From Vicugna vicugna (lineage: Eukaryota), in NCBI GenBank assembly GCA_013265495.1, contig MU061579.1, forward strand, positions 3,779,319 to 3,843,318: DNA of 64,000 bases, read 5' to 3'. Of this stretch, positions 1 through 12,702 are shown piece after piece (position 1 is the first letter of the stretch; every line of letters begins with the position of its first letter). The translations under genes were made by a program, and so were the position numbers. Under the pieces are notes generated by a model, which had not been told where the DNA came from, did no database searches, and saw only the letters and a program-made list of their open reading frames with translations.

Positions 1-454
1 GGATTATGCATTAATAGTATATTTTTAAGTTTGATTAAAAATCCTGCATTTTTGTATAGTTCGAAATTGGTTTCTGACATAAAGTAAAGATATTGGGCAT
101 GGTGGGAATATTTTTGTTGGGATTTTCATGGATACTGGATTTATTCTGTTCTTATAAGACTATAGGAAAATGGCCATTTAGCACACTGCTTTGGATATTT
201 TAAAATTCTGTTTGACATATTCCTAAATTGTAATGAATTTAAATGTTTAATAGCCATGTTTTGAATGTCACCTATATTCAAGGAATTTTTCTCAACAAAT
301 TAATAGGAAAACATATATCTCACATTTAATGAGGTCTCACTAGATATTGATTTCCTAGGTGCTTTATGTATCAATTAATTTAATATGCACCTATACCATT
401 TGACCCATAGTGAAAGTTTATTGAAAGAATGAATGAAGAACTTTATAAAGCAGT

Positions 455-600
455 TTTTTACTAGCCCCATTTTATAGATGAGAATTATGTGACCCAGAGA
501 AGTTAAATAGTTTGCCCAAGACAAGAAAGTGATGGAGGTGGGCTTCAACATAGGTCTTAAGCTATACCCTAAGTTCCTACCCATGATGCTCTGCCATGTA
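455..600 (-). mobile_element. MIR SINE fragment
   Basis: CCCCATTTTATAGATGAGAA...AGAGAAGTTAAATAGTTTGCCCAAG is the reverse complement of the MIR core. Confidence 0.75.
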
Positions 601-1284
601 TTTTTACTATTAGTAATAGCATATACCATATTTGTTTAGCATCTTATATTGTACAAAACACTTCTGTTCGTCCTTTATTTATTCCTAATAACATTGCAGA
701 GTATGTATATTTCTTTCTTTGAAAGGTGTCCAACCACACTAGTTATCACCATCTACACTTTGTAAGCAAGTTATGGGTGATTACCCAAGGGCTATAGTAT
801 AAGATGGAAAATGTATAATGTGATAGAATAAATGTAGAAAGACAACTCCTAAGAGATTAAAGGAGAGGTTATAGTCTAATCCTGGATCAAGAAATGTTTT
901 ATTGAAGAAGAGGAATTGTGATGACCATTCGAGCAAAATTTTGACTGCTGAAAATATCTCAGGCAGAGAGAATGCCAACAGTAAGACAAGAAGGTGGAAT
1001 AATTACAGTAAAATTGTAAAACTCTTCCTGGAAGTCAACTTCCACATTGTTAGGTGCAGTTACAAGTTGAATGTGCAGTCACATTCACAATACCTCCTAG
1101 GTTTCTTCTACGTAAGAAACAATGTGAACTGCCCTGACATATTCCCAAGGTTGTTGGTGGTCCTCAAAGTCTGCACTTCCACTGCATGATACAGTGGAAA
1201 ATCTTCCCTTATCAAGCCTTTACTATGCCTCTTGTAAAATCCAGGATATTAAGATAATTTATAATTAACCAGAAAAGGAAACTT

Positions 1285-1450
1285 GAGTGAAATCCTTAGT
1301 CTAAAGTGTTTTAGTGGTGCGATGTTGGGCAAAGCAATTAATTAGCTCCTTTTAATCTAGTTTCTCACTTTAAAATAGAGATAAAAAATTGTTAATATTA
1401 TCTTAAGAGAGATTTCCTTGAGACTCAAATAAGACCGTTATAAATTACAA
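1285..1450 (+). mobile_element. MIR SINE fragment (degenerate)
   Basis: TTGGGCAAAGCAATTAATT...CTAGTTTCTCACTTTAAAATAGAGATAA resembles the MIR core. Confidence 0.55.
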
Positions 1451-2029
1451 AATGTGATTTATCTATTTCATGTAAAATTCACCACAATAAAAAACATTTC
1501 CTCGCTTTGACTTCTTTCTGCTCTTTGAAATGTGTTTTTGTTACTAGAAATCAAATAAGAGCTTATTTATATGATATATTTTTGATAACGTATGAAGATA
1601 ATATAAGTTAGCAATCAAGAACAAGACTCAGAAATAAGAAAGTAGGAAACTCAATAAATATTTTAGATATTAGGGAAACTAAAGAAATCATAGAAAGGTT
1701 ACTCAAGAAAATAGAAAACAAAACAAAAATGACAAACAGAAAACCCCTCAAAACATAACAGTATCTGCTGGAGAGTGAACTCAAATTAAGTCAAGCACTC
1801 TCACAGGCAGCAGGTCAGAAGAGTTCTGGGTGCTTCAGCTTCTGCCCAAGTCTTCTCAATTCATGACGAGGAGGCACCCCTCCTTCACTTCCCCGCTCAC
1901 AGTGCTCCAAGCTTCCCCATCACTCACAGTCTAGACACTCTCAAGGCTGACTCAGTGATCCTCTGGTTAAATCAGTCACCATGAGAAGCCTTGGATAGGT
2001 AGATTCTAATCCCTTAGTCAGCTGTGTAC

Positions 2030-3900
2030 AAACTCTTTCTTGACTCATTTCTCTACCCCTCAATAAGTTCTGAAGATTTTCCACTGTATCATCTGGAACA
2101 CAGTTATCAGCCAAGTCCCCTGATGCTCAACAATTTACCTAAAATGGTTACCATTTTCCTTTGCCTTCTTGCTCTGATTTGGCTCTCCCATCAGGATTTA
2201 GCCTCTTAGGACATCTCTAAACTATTCATTGGCAGTTTCTTTTCCCATGAATTCTCAGCAGTAAGCTTTGAAGTAGACTAGGTGTTTTTCCACCTCATTC
2301 CCAATTTCAGACCATTTTGTCCCTTCCCTCCCTAAAAACAGCCAGTATTGAATGAAGGTGTCAAGAGTATATCATCTTAAAGCTCCTTGCTTCAGTCATT
2401 TGTCAACTTCAAGGTCACTCCCAATCATTCCTTGAAGAGTTAAACTATTTCAGTCTCACCCTCACTCATTGTCTTGCCATATTCCTGGCAATGTCAATAT
2501 TCTCATAGATCATTCTTCTAGCATCCTGGTTTCTCAATTCCTTTAGTTCTTCTCTTCTACCTGCCTTGTCTCCTATTCTACCTCTCACTTCCTGAACCAA
2601 ACTCTAGAACATATATCATTACTGAATAATAAGTGAAGCCCCTCCACAACCTCAAGTTCAAACACCTAATTATGACTTCACTTCTTTCATGCAGATAACT
2701 CTAACCAATACCCAGACACCTACAATTTTTGATCAATTCTGAGAATTATATTTTAATAATTATTTTTATTCTTCATGGCCTCTCACCTACTTTGTGCCCT
2801 CACATCACTTTTTATTCAAATTAAATGTCTTGTTCTAACAATGTAATCATCTCCCTATTTATAACCTCAGTAATTTTAATACTTTCTTAATACTTTCTCA
2901 TTCCTCAGATGCCATAAAATAATACCCAGCCTAGTTAAATATCTGCTGGCTTGGCATTTGTACATGTAACCATGCTAAATAGTCTTACTTTAAGTTACTA
3001 CCACTCTTTTCAACTGAGCCTTTAATACTGCCTGAAACCCATACAACATTTCCCTCATCCATACACTTACCCATGCACCTAGATAATTATTAAACCTCCT
3101 GTTCTTTCTGCTGAGACCTTCAAAATTCTGTCCTCTGTTCTCACACACAGACTATGACCTTGTTAATTACTTTACCAAGAAAATAAAAACAATTATAATA
3201 AAAATAAAACTCACAAGCCAACTACCATCACCCTCCCCATTTGTCTCATGCTTCAGTTTACTAATATGGATTTACTTTCTGCTTTTGTCTAAGACCAACC
3301 CATCAAAATGTGCACTATATCTCATATTCTCTCACTTAAAACCAGCCCATTGTTCCAGTAGTACCTGCTCTTTCCCTATCTAATCGTCCCTATCTGTATA
3401 CAGTCACGCTAATACTTCCCACTTCAAACGTTTAATAAACAAACCCATCTCTTGAGTTCATAGCCACTTCATCCCACTCAAGTGTTCAATGCTTTCATTT
3501 ACAGCAGTGATTCTTCAAAAAATATGTACACTTGAGATCTTCACTTTCTCTGCTGCCTGAAACTCATTCCAATCAGTTTTGTCTCTAGCACTCCATATTG
3601 CTCTTGTCAGGATCAACAAGAACCTTGACCTTGATAAATCAGATTGTCAATCTCAGCTCTCATCTCACTTGACATAGCAATACAATTAACACCGATGATC
3701 TCTACTCCCCTTTGTCATACTTTTTCACTTAGCTTCCAGAAAAGAAACATCCCCCTTTTTCTTCCTATCTCTTGACTGCTTCTAGTTCTTCCCTGTGTCT
3801 TTGCAGATTCTAAATAATCTCTCCAACTTTTAACACTGGAATACCCAAAGCTCTCACTCAGTTCCTACACTTCTTTTGAGACAGCTAACTTCTTGCCTTG
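2030..3900 (+). mobile_element. Long LINE-2 (L2) remnant covering the ORF2 endonuclease and RT regions, fully decayed
   Basis: C/T-rich strand with L2 ORF2 landmarks: TTCCACTGTATCATCTGGAAC, CCTTCTTGCTCTGATTTGGCTCTCC, TTCAGACCATTTTGTCCCTTCCCTCCCTAAAA, CTCATTCCAATCAG...CTCATCTCACTTGAC; no intact reading frame. Confidence 0.75.
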
Positions 3901-4374
3901 GTAAACTAAGAAACAGTTATATGAGCATAAATATAAATGTGACCTCATCTTTGTTGTCACATGCAAATATTTTATCTACAAAGATAATAAACTGTTGAAT
4001 GTGTGCATGGCCAGGGAAGTGAGGGGGGTGGTTAAAAAAATAATTTCTGCTGTTACAATAGTTTAACATAAGTTCTGGAAAGGAAAAAACTTTTTTCCTA
4101 ATTTTTTTCCCCAGGCCAAGTCTTCTTAGATAGCCAGCACACAGTAAAAAGAGCAAGTAAGGGCGGGTGGGTAGCAAGGGGAGAAACTGGTATACTAAGA
4201 TTTGATTCCTATGTTTGCAAATTATTAATATGACTTACTATTTTTATTTTGAGATTTCTCAAAATACAGCTAGGAAATAATTCTCTAAATTTTTACAAGT
4301 GATAAAACCAGAATTTGGCTTTTCACTCTGGTTCTAAGAATGGTTTATTTATTTTTCTGATAGTCAAAGACAAT

Positions 4375-4835
4375 CACTCCACTTGATTCCTGATCCCATC
4401 TTTCTTTGTCATCTTTAGACCTTACACTATCATTCAGTTACTCTCTCTTCTCCCTCTCTGACTTTCTAAAATGCTTCATTTCATTTACTCAACAGCCTTG
4501 CTGAAATCTCTAGAGTCCTAAAATAAATTCATACTTGACATCTCTAGTAGAATGCCCATATCATTGCCTCAACTTCAATAATCTCTAAAATAATTTTTAT
4601 ATATTTTCCATTAAATATAATATCTCTATTAATTTCCATGCCAATGCTCAGCATTGTTATTCAGGTAGTTACCCAGGGTAGAAATCTAGAATTACCTCCT
4701 TGATTTAATATCTTCACATCCACCACTTCTAATTAATTACCAAGTCTTAATATTGTATCTACTAATTTTTTTCTTAAATCTGTACCCCTCCTTTTCATCT
4801 TTATAATCATTACTATAATTCAGAACTTCATCATC
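4375..4835 (+). mobile_element. L2 remnant (downstream portion)
   Basis: ACTTGACATCTCTAG, TTCAGGTAGTTACCCAGG...AAATCTAGAATTACCTCCTTGA, CACATCC...TTACCAAGTCT match L2 3' ORF2 motifs. Confidence 0.65.
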
Positions 4836-4887
4836 CATTGTTCAGAACCTAGTAAAGTCCTTTGTTTTATATTTTCAAATTTTTTAC

Positions 4888-4891
<4 letters not shown>

Positions 4892-4931
<40 letters not shown>

Positions 4932-4938
4932 GCACACA
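4892..4938. repeat. (CA)n microsatellite, interrupted
   Basis: Direct reading of the ACAC run. Confidence 0.95.
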
Positions 4939-5002
4939 CTATATGTTCTGGCCTTGTTCGCTGAAAAGCCCAGAAACAAACATGTACCTGATTTTTGATT
5001 TC

Positions 5003-5526
5003 TGTTATAATTGGCATCTAAGATTTAATCCAATGATACTTACCTTCCCCTGTCATTACCCTATGTAGTTCATTCTTAAACTGAATCAGGGTTTGAATGA
5101 CCAAGAGATACCACATGTGATAATGTGTGCTTTCCAAGACTAGGTCATAACAGACACTAACACATTTATCTTATTTTCTTGGATCTATCAATCTGAGGGA
5201 AGCCAGTCACATTATCATGAGAACACTCAAGCCATCCTGGGGAGACACCCACATTGAAGAGGATGCTAAGGTCTCCATCAAACAACCAATACCAACCTGA
5301 CAACCATATGAGTGATCCATGTGGCTCCCTCAGCCCCAGTCAAACTGTCAGATCACTGCAGATCCAGTGGGACAACTAACTAAGAAAACTCATAAGAAGT
5401 CCTAGCCAGAAATACCCAGACTGAATCCCTGACCCACAGCAACCATAAGAGATAATAAATGTTTAATATTATTTTAAGCCACTGAATGTTGAGGAAACTA
5501 GTTAGACAATAGTTGAACACTAATAA
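5003..5526 (+). mobile_element. MaLR solo LTR, MLT1F-like
   Basis: AGACTAGGTCATAA, CTGAGGGAAGCCAG, CAGCCCCAGTCAA, CCTGACCCACAG...AGATAATAAATG...TTTTAAGCCACT. Confidence 0.75.
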
Positions 5527-5534
5527 AGGTTCTT

Positions 5535-6820
5535 AATACCATTAATTGCCATAAGAAACTACAAACCCTTGGGAAAATGACTGAGTCTAGGTCGCGGGCA
5601 GGGAAGCTAGATGATGAGACTAAAACATCTTACTTCGCAAGAAAGTAAGGAAATGCTTAAAAATAATGATGGGGTGATGTGGCAAAGTGCTGGAGGAGCT
5701 GGTCTGGCAATGTTCCAACTAGTCAGACTGGTGCAATTTAGCAGTCAAAATATATAGGTATATTAACGGTTTTGTTGAACAAAGTCAGAATCTGAGTCTG
5801 TATTGAAAATAATCACATGTACATATGTATCTATGTGTACATAAATATATAAATAAATTAAAGAATAAATAGTGGAGAAGGGAAATTCTTTATTTCAGCA
5901 TAGAATCAACTAATAAGTAGAGAAGGAAATGTATTGTTAAAACAATTACCTTTGCAACCAACACAGTATGAATCGATTCTGGCAAGAATCAACAATACAT
6001 GCTTCATTAGTAAGAGCAGAGCATCTGATGAGGAATAAGATATGTGTATATTCTTATAGGATCTCTTCTCAAATTATTTATTAGTTACAAAAGGAAAAGG
6101 TATAATTATGAAGTGGATAAAACGGACATTTTAACCAAGTGAGCAAAAATAACACTGCTGATAAATTGCAAAGGAACATCCCAGGCCTCCACTGTGATGT
6201 CCTGAGGAGGACACAGAATCACGTTAAGAATTGTGCCAGCCAGAAATGCATAAACTGAATCTAATCATGAGGAAACATCAGACAAATCCAGACTGAGAGA
6301 TAGTCTATAAAATAACTGCCTTGCATTCTTCAAGGAATCTCAATGTCAAGAAAGTCAAAAAAAGGCTGAGGAACTGTCCCAGATGAAAGAAAGCTAAAGA
6401 GACATGCAAACTTTATTCATGACATAGCCTGGGTAGGATCCCGCACAGAGAATGGTCCTACACAGAATATTATTGGCACAATTGAACAAACTGGAGTGGA
6501 GATAGTGGGTTAAAGTATTGCATTACTGTTAAATTCCATAAATGTATTAATTTCACTGAGGTTATTTAAGGAAATCTCCTTATCCTTAGTAAACGAAGGT
6601 TGAAACATTAAAAGGATAAAAGGTGACAATTCCTGAAACCTACACTCCTATGTTAAAAAATGCATACAACACACACACACACACAGGATATTTTGAGAGA
6701 GACAAAGGCAAAACAGAGAGACAGAGACAGACAAATTGCAGAGGAAATAAGCTAATAATTGGTAAAATTGCACAGGGGAGATTTTATTCCTGCAACCTAT
6801 ACCAAACTTGAAATTATAAT
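5535..6820 (+). mobile_element. Old L1 3' UTR, L1MC3/L1MC4-like
   Basis: CCTTGGGAAAATGACTGAGTCTAGG, AATCTAATCATGAGGAAACATCAGACAAATCC, AAAGGCTGAGGAACTGTCCCAGATGAAAG, terminal TTCCTGCAAC...TTGAAATTAT. Confidence 0.75.
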
Positions 6821-9434
6821 TCTTAGGGAAATTTTCATTCCTTTAACATTTTATATCAAATTAGAGCCTTTTTTGACAGCACAGAAAATGTGAAAATGTA
6901 AGAAGTGAAAAATAATTCCATTTTTGGTGGTCAAAAGGAAGAGAGAGGAGTCAACTTCTGTATATGGAAAGCCAGTGAAAATTTCTATTAAATAAAGACA
7001 ACATCATGGGCATGGTGGGGATGGGGGAGGAGGAGACAGGTTATAATAAAGAAACTCATCCTAGAGGTCAAAGGGGCTCAGGATTTATCTAGGCAATGGT
7101 AAGCAGGCTGTAACTCTCTCTTTGTCCAGACCAGTGTTGATTCTCTGCTACACTTGGAAATTTTTGTAGTGCTATGAATTTCACCTAATCATATATGGAA
7201 AACTAAAATTGTATTTTTTAATTGAATCTAACGATATAACTTTCAGCCTTCAATTTCAATTTTTTATATCCAATTCAGAATTTCTCAGTAAATCCACATT
7301 TCTTCCTTTTCATCTGTTCTTTTTTCCCTAGATGGGATCTCAATAGATGGGAGTGACGTGTGGGGTGATCTAAGTAAGGGGAAGGTATGAGAGGAATCAC
7401 ATAGGCAGAATTAAGAAGGTAACACAGGTTTTCTTTCTTTATCAATCTTTGGTTTAGGGCAGCATCTGTTTTCGTCTCTTCAGGCTTTATTTCCACATCA
7501 CCCACTGCTGAGCTGCCCTTGTCTCCCTCACTCCCCAAACACTTGTGACGACGCTCCTTTATGAACACAAGCCAGTTATTTTACAGACTGTTACGTCACT
7601 GAAGGGACTCTTTCCCTTCCTCAGGTATAAGGCCTTTTTGGTGCCACTGGCCCAATCTTAGCTTTCTTTTTAAGAGATATGGGACATTTTAATAATCTAC
7701 TGTACCCCACAGAGTCATTGGAAGTTGCAGAAATGAGTATTTCAGACACTTGCTGAACAAACACATTTTTTTCCCTATTATAACTCTTCTTTATTGATAC
7801 ACTGGGGAAAGTGGAAGCCTCTATCTGCGACATCCATGGTCCACTTTGTCATCTTCTTTTCTATGCAATCTTTGTAGGGATCTGCCTAGATTATTTCCTT
7901 TTGTTGGAGAACTGGCTCTTATATACTCAACATATACCTTTCACACCCCCCACACCAAGACACACATACACACGTGCTCACATGTGCAAAAACTAAGTTT
8001 ATGCTCTGAATCTGCCAAACTCTTAACATTTGAATTACACAAACAAATCCAGTTTTCATTCTAAAAAATCTTACCTCTTGGAAATCTCAAATCACCTGAT
8101 TTATTAGATATCTGCCCCTGCTTTTTGAACTTTACAAAACTTATTAAGGTATTCAGTGACTCCTTTTTTCCTCTGGTTATTTTCTGTGCTCTCTTTCCCA
8201 GAGAAAATAAAATCTTTTAGGCCTGGTAGCCATTGATCCAGTGAAGGCTAGGGAAGGTAGTATTAGAAACAGCAAGAGCAGAATGACTTTAATATTGTCA
8301 GGTTTTATCTCATTTTTCAACTTATAATGTAGTTAATGTTTAGCTCGTCAGTGTATTTATACATTCCTACTTTATTCCAGGAAGTATCGAAGGCACATTT
8401 GGATGGCTAAACCATAGTTTCTGTCCTCTGGGTAGCCATGGTAAATACAGAGGGAAAGTATGTTCATTAGCATTCAAAGAATGGACCTTAAACTTGTCAC
8501 AGTTGGGGGTCAGTTTAGGAGTGACTTCCAGAGGAGTTCTGATACTCTGGACTTCAGGCAAGACTGCAGAGCAGCCTCTGCCACCTCAGCAGAGCTTGTG
8601 TATCTGGAAGTGTCTTGTAATCCGTAAGATATATGGCTTCAGAGTTTGTTTCATCAACCTACCTCTGAGCCCTACTGAACAGCAGTGATAGAAACAGCCA
8701 CTAGAAACGGAGCCCTTTAATATATCTGGTCTTGCAACAGTGAAACAATATTCATCATAGCACAGCTCTACTGAGCCGCACATGTGCAGAAAATAGAAGC
8801 CAGCAGGATACCCAACTGCTGCTGTAAAGTGAGCCGAAATGGGGGTAATCACAAGCAGAGAGGGCAGTAGAAACATGTTAAGGATTCACAGAAGCACAGC
8901 CTCAAGCAATGTAGCATAACTGAATATATGAGAAGGGGCATGCTGCTGAAGGAATGAAAGAAGAAACTTGCTCTTAAAAAATCGATTTCAGATGAAACAA
9001 GACAGTGTCATGCATCTATAGGCAGCTCTGTTCATTTCTGGTTTTAAATAACGAAGATAAGCATGCAGGTCAAATACTGTCAGAAAGTGTGCATTTATCT
9101 AAGGTATTTGAGTTGTACTATAGTCATTTTTACTTACTATTTTTCTGGTTAAATTAACAATTATTTCACACAATAGATCAAAAATGATTTTTTTTAATTT
9201 CTTAAAAGATACTGAAAGTGAATTTGGAAGGCAGATGGTACATTTGTTCCTCTCCTTCTCTTGACCTTTAAGGATTATGTATTAATATAGCAAAAATCAG
9301 GAAAAAATCTAAAAAAGGAAACAACGAAGGTGAGATTACTTTTGTTTATACATTGTCACAGCGTAACACAAAGTAATAAATCTGCTTTTTAGGGGTAGCT
9401 TATGGAAATCACTCTCACTATTTCAGACATGTAT

Positions 9435-9515
9435 ATTTATTCATTCAGTTCATTCAACAAGTATTTCCCCAGTGATGTATGCATCACACCTGGAGACGAG
9501 GGATGCAGGCAGAGA
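9435..9515 (-). mobile_element. L2 3' terminal fragment
   Basis: TTCATTCAGTTCATTCAACAAGTATTT is the reverse complement of the L2 tail. Confidence 0.55.
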
Positions 9516-11684
9516 CTATTGGCATGCATGGTAGGAGCTTTTACTTTTCCTTCCAGAGTTTAGCTCAAGGTAGGTTAAGGGAGTAAACTTATTTCCATGC
9601 AGGAAACATTGCTGACTCCATATAACAAGTACTTAGTTCTCACAGACTAAAATTCTGGCAAACATCCATTGAACCTTAGAACAACTTCCAGAATTACAAT
9701 GACTTTAGATACAGAGTCAACAGTACATTATTATGGTGAAAGTATCCTTTTTTTCCCCCTGCCTGTAGAAAATTTTGTGGCAAAGGTGAGCTAAAAGGTT
9801 GTAAATGAAAGAAAATGTAAGGGAATTAAACAACCAGTAAATAATTAGAAAGGATAATTTAATCTAAAAGGATTATGAAAGCACACAGAGGCTTTTCAAG
9901 GTCAATTTTTTAGATAGTTCAATTTCAGTGTATTTTTTAAGCTGATTCAATTGAGGTCATTTAAAATTTTGCAAGATGGCTTTCTTTATTCTCTAAGGCA
10001 TTAGTGAGGTACAATTTAATTGAACTACCTGGAAAGTGAGTGAATTTGATTATAAACATACATAGACAATTACTCAGTTTAAGCTAGTTGAACGCCATTC
10101 ACTTCAGTGAGGATTTTATGCGCGTTCCCCATTCCTTATTAGCTGTGCAGTTATTGCCTCGGTGGACACATTTACCAATTTCTGTTGAAGAGTGGAACTA
10201 TTGAAGAAGAGAAGGCACAAAGTGAAGGGGTGGTTTTCTCCTTCTGACTGTAACCCTAGGGGCTTTATTTACAGCAGCTTTGAATTAGCTGCAAAGCATA
10301 GCACTTCCACATTCTTTTTAATAAAAGGGGTTATTTTCATTTCCTAATAAAAGTTCTTTCCCTCCAGTACAGGGCAAACTTCTCAGATTCTGCAAAGATC
10401 AAAGGTCGAGACTATAAATCCTTTTTTTCAAAGTCAGTTTCCATACCCTGTGAGTTTTATTATTCAGCCTCGAGTGGACAGGTTTCAGTGTTTAATGGAA
10501 GTAAAAGGAATAGTATTTCTAAAACCCTAAAATGTTAATGGCGGAAAAAAATCACTGTTTAGACTGTATTGAGTTGTTATTTCCTTGCATGCCTTCCTTT
10601 TCTTATTAATTACTTATTTATTTATGCATGAAGAAATAATGCTGTTTCTGATTTTATTCCACAAACTCATACAAGAAATTCTGTTCTGGAATGTAACACT
10701 TAGAACAAAAACCATCATTCAGCTAAGCACTTATTCTTGGGTTTCATGTTTATGTCATTCGAGATTGTCATCTCTAAGCGGAGGAGATAATAAGTCAGAA
10801 CCTGTCAGCCTTATTAAATTTGGCTAGCCTCTTTGCCCCATTGCTGAATGCTTCCTGGTTGAAATCAACCCCCTGAGAATAAGGATTATTCTTAAGGTGA
10901 TTGAAATAATACTCTTTTGTGCTGGCAAACTGCTATTCTATTTTTTGCTTTAGTGAAACCCAAATTCAAAATTACAATTTTGCAGAAAATACTTGAGTAT
11001 AAGAAGATTATGTTTATAGTGTTAATTGGTATGTCTCTATCAGTAAGCACGGAATAAATCTGTTAACATTTTGAAAGTGCTCAAAATTTCTTTGGACTGT
11101 GAAAATTCCATTTCATTATCCTTAGAGTATTAGATATACTAATAAGAGAGTGAATTATTATCATTTTTTCTCATAAGCACATCTTGGCATGTATACACTT
11201 TAACATTCAAAATTCCTCCCAAAATTAAACCATAATCAAGATGTTCAGTTTTATCAATAATATCATGTGACTGTTGGGTCCTGCCAGATTCCTCATTGTT
11301 TTTGATATGCACATGATCTAGTAATATTTATTACAAACTCAAGTGAAATCATCTTGTCCTCAAAAATGTATGGTAAATACCTTTTCACTTCTATCAGACC
11401 TTAATAAATAATGTCATGTCTTTTAACTAACTCTCAAGGAGTTAATTTTCAACCATAGTACCATTTATTTTGAGACCTTCATGAGGTTTTCCACAATCTT
11501 TCTAAGTCAGTCTTCATACACATAACGTGATAAGGGAACACAATTCTCATAAAAGTGTCCACATAATTTTAAACAAAATGAGAGGCTTTCTCAGAAAACT
11601 CACCCTCTTCTCTTTTCTATATGCACTCCTGGAAAAATGTTAATCTTTAATTTAAATGTGTTCAGTCGACTTCCTCTCCTTTAT

Positions 11685-12170
11685 GCTAGGCCAGATCTTC
11701 ATTATCCATCACCTTAGACTAGGGAAATGATTGCCTAAAGTGCCTCCCATTCCTTGCCTACATTACTCACAACGCTGTGCCTGCTCATACATTGCTACCA
11801 CTAATGCACAGATTTCTCCATGATTATCTGCCAAAATCAGAGTAGGATTTTAGCCAGGCATTCAGGGTTGACCTCAACCTGTGCCAAGTCTCCTTTTCTA
11901 ATCTTACCATTCTGTTCTCTCCTGCACAGCCTAATGTGAAAGAATAAATCATACAACACCCCACTTTGCAAAAGCCTTAAGGCTTCTCCAAAGGCATTTT
12001 CTCTACCTGGAAATTGTTTTAACTCATTTCAAACTATTGGAATTATTGCAATTCTACCAAGCCCTGCTCAAAAATAATCCATATGCTAATGTTTTCCCAA
12101 GAAGAAATTCTTTCTCACTTTTGAACAGCAATATTTTGTGCATGATATATGAAATTTAGTACATTTCATT
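11685..12170 (+). mobile_element. L2 fragment (very degenerate)
   Basis: CCAGATCTTCATTATCCATCACCTTAGACTA..., AGCCAGGCATTCAGGG, TCTCTACCTGGAAA motifs. Confidence 0.5.
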
Positions 12171-12349
12171 TTCATATTTTAAATATACGTTATAGTTCTC
12201 ATTTTCAGTTGAATTTTTTAGGTAGCTTTCAATTTATACTTTGTGAGTAGTACTTTTGAAATAGTATCTTTGAAATAATTATTGGCTTTAATTAATTAGT
12301 TAATTCAAAAAGTATTAGTAAAGAGCTTGTTAAGTTAAAAATAATTATA

Positions 12350-12505
12350 AAACAGTAACAGTATTAATAGGTAATACTTTTTGAACACCAGCTCTGTTAG
12401 GAAACATTTTTAGTGTTTTATGTTTATCAAATTATGGTTATTCTAAAAAAAAAATAGAGATTATTAGAACTACCCTTATTTTACAAATAAGGACACTGTT
12501 AACTA
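12350..12505 (-). mobile_element. MIR fragment
   Basis: TAATACTTTTTGAACACC...CCCTTATTTTACAAATAAGGACACTG. Confidence 0.55.
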
Positions 12506-12523
12506 ACTAAATGACATTTTTAA

Positions 12524-12702
12524 GGGGTGTCTCTTCCTTTTCTTGTAAGAACACCAGTCCTATAAGTTAGAGCATCACCCTTATGACTGCATTTTGGCCC
12601 TAATTACTTCCTTGTTGGCCTTATCTCCAAATGCAGTGACATTGAGGGCAAAGGCTTCAACATACGAATTTAAGGGGGAGGGTACGTAATTCAGTCCATA
12701 AC
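12524..12702 (-). mobile_element. MaLR LTR 5' half, MLT1A/B-like
   Basis: CACCCTTATGAC...CCTTATCTCCAAATGCAGTGACATTG...GGCTTCAACATACGAATTT...AATTCAGTCCATAAC. Confidence 0.8.

Noticed and set aside
7008..7040. G-quadruplex candidate
   Set aside because: Only three runs of three or more G, so it is weak.
7275..7833. Two minus-strand ORFs with protein-like composition (possible pseudogene)
   Set aside because: No protein family recognised, no poly(A) or TSD, and no convincing splice sites; BLASTX would be decisive.
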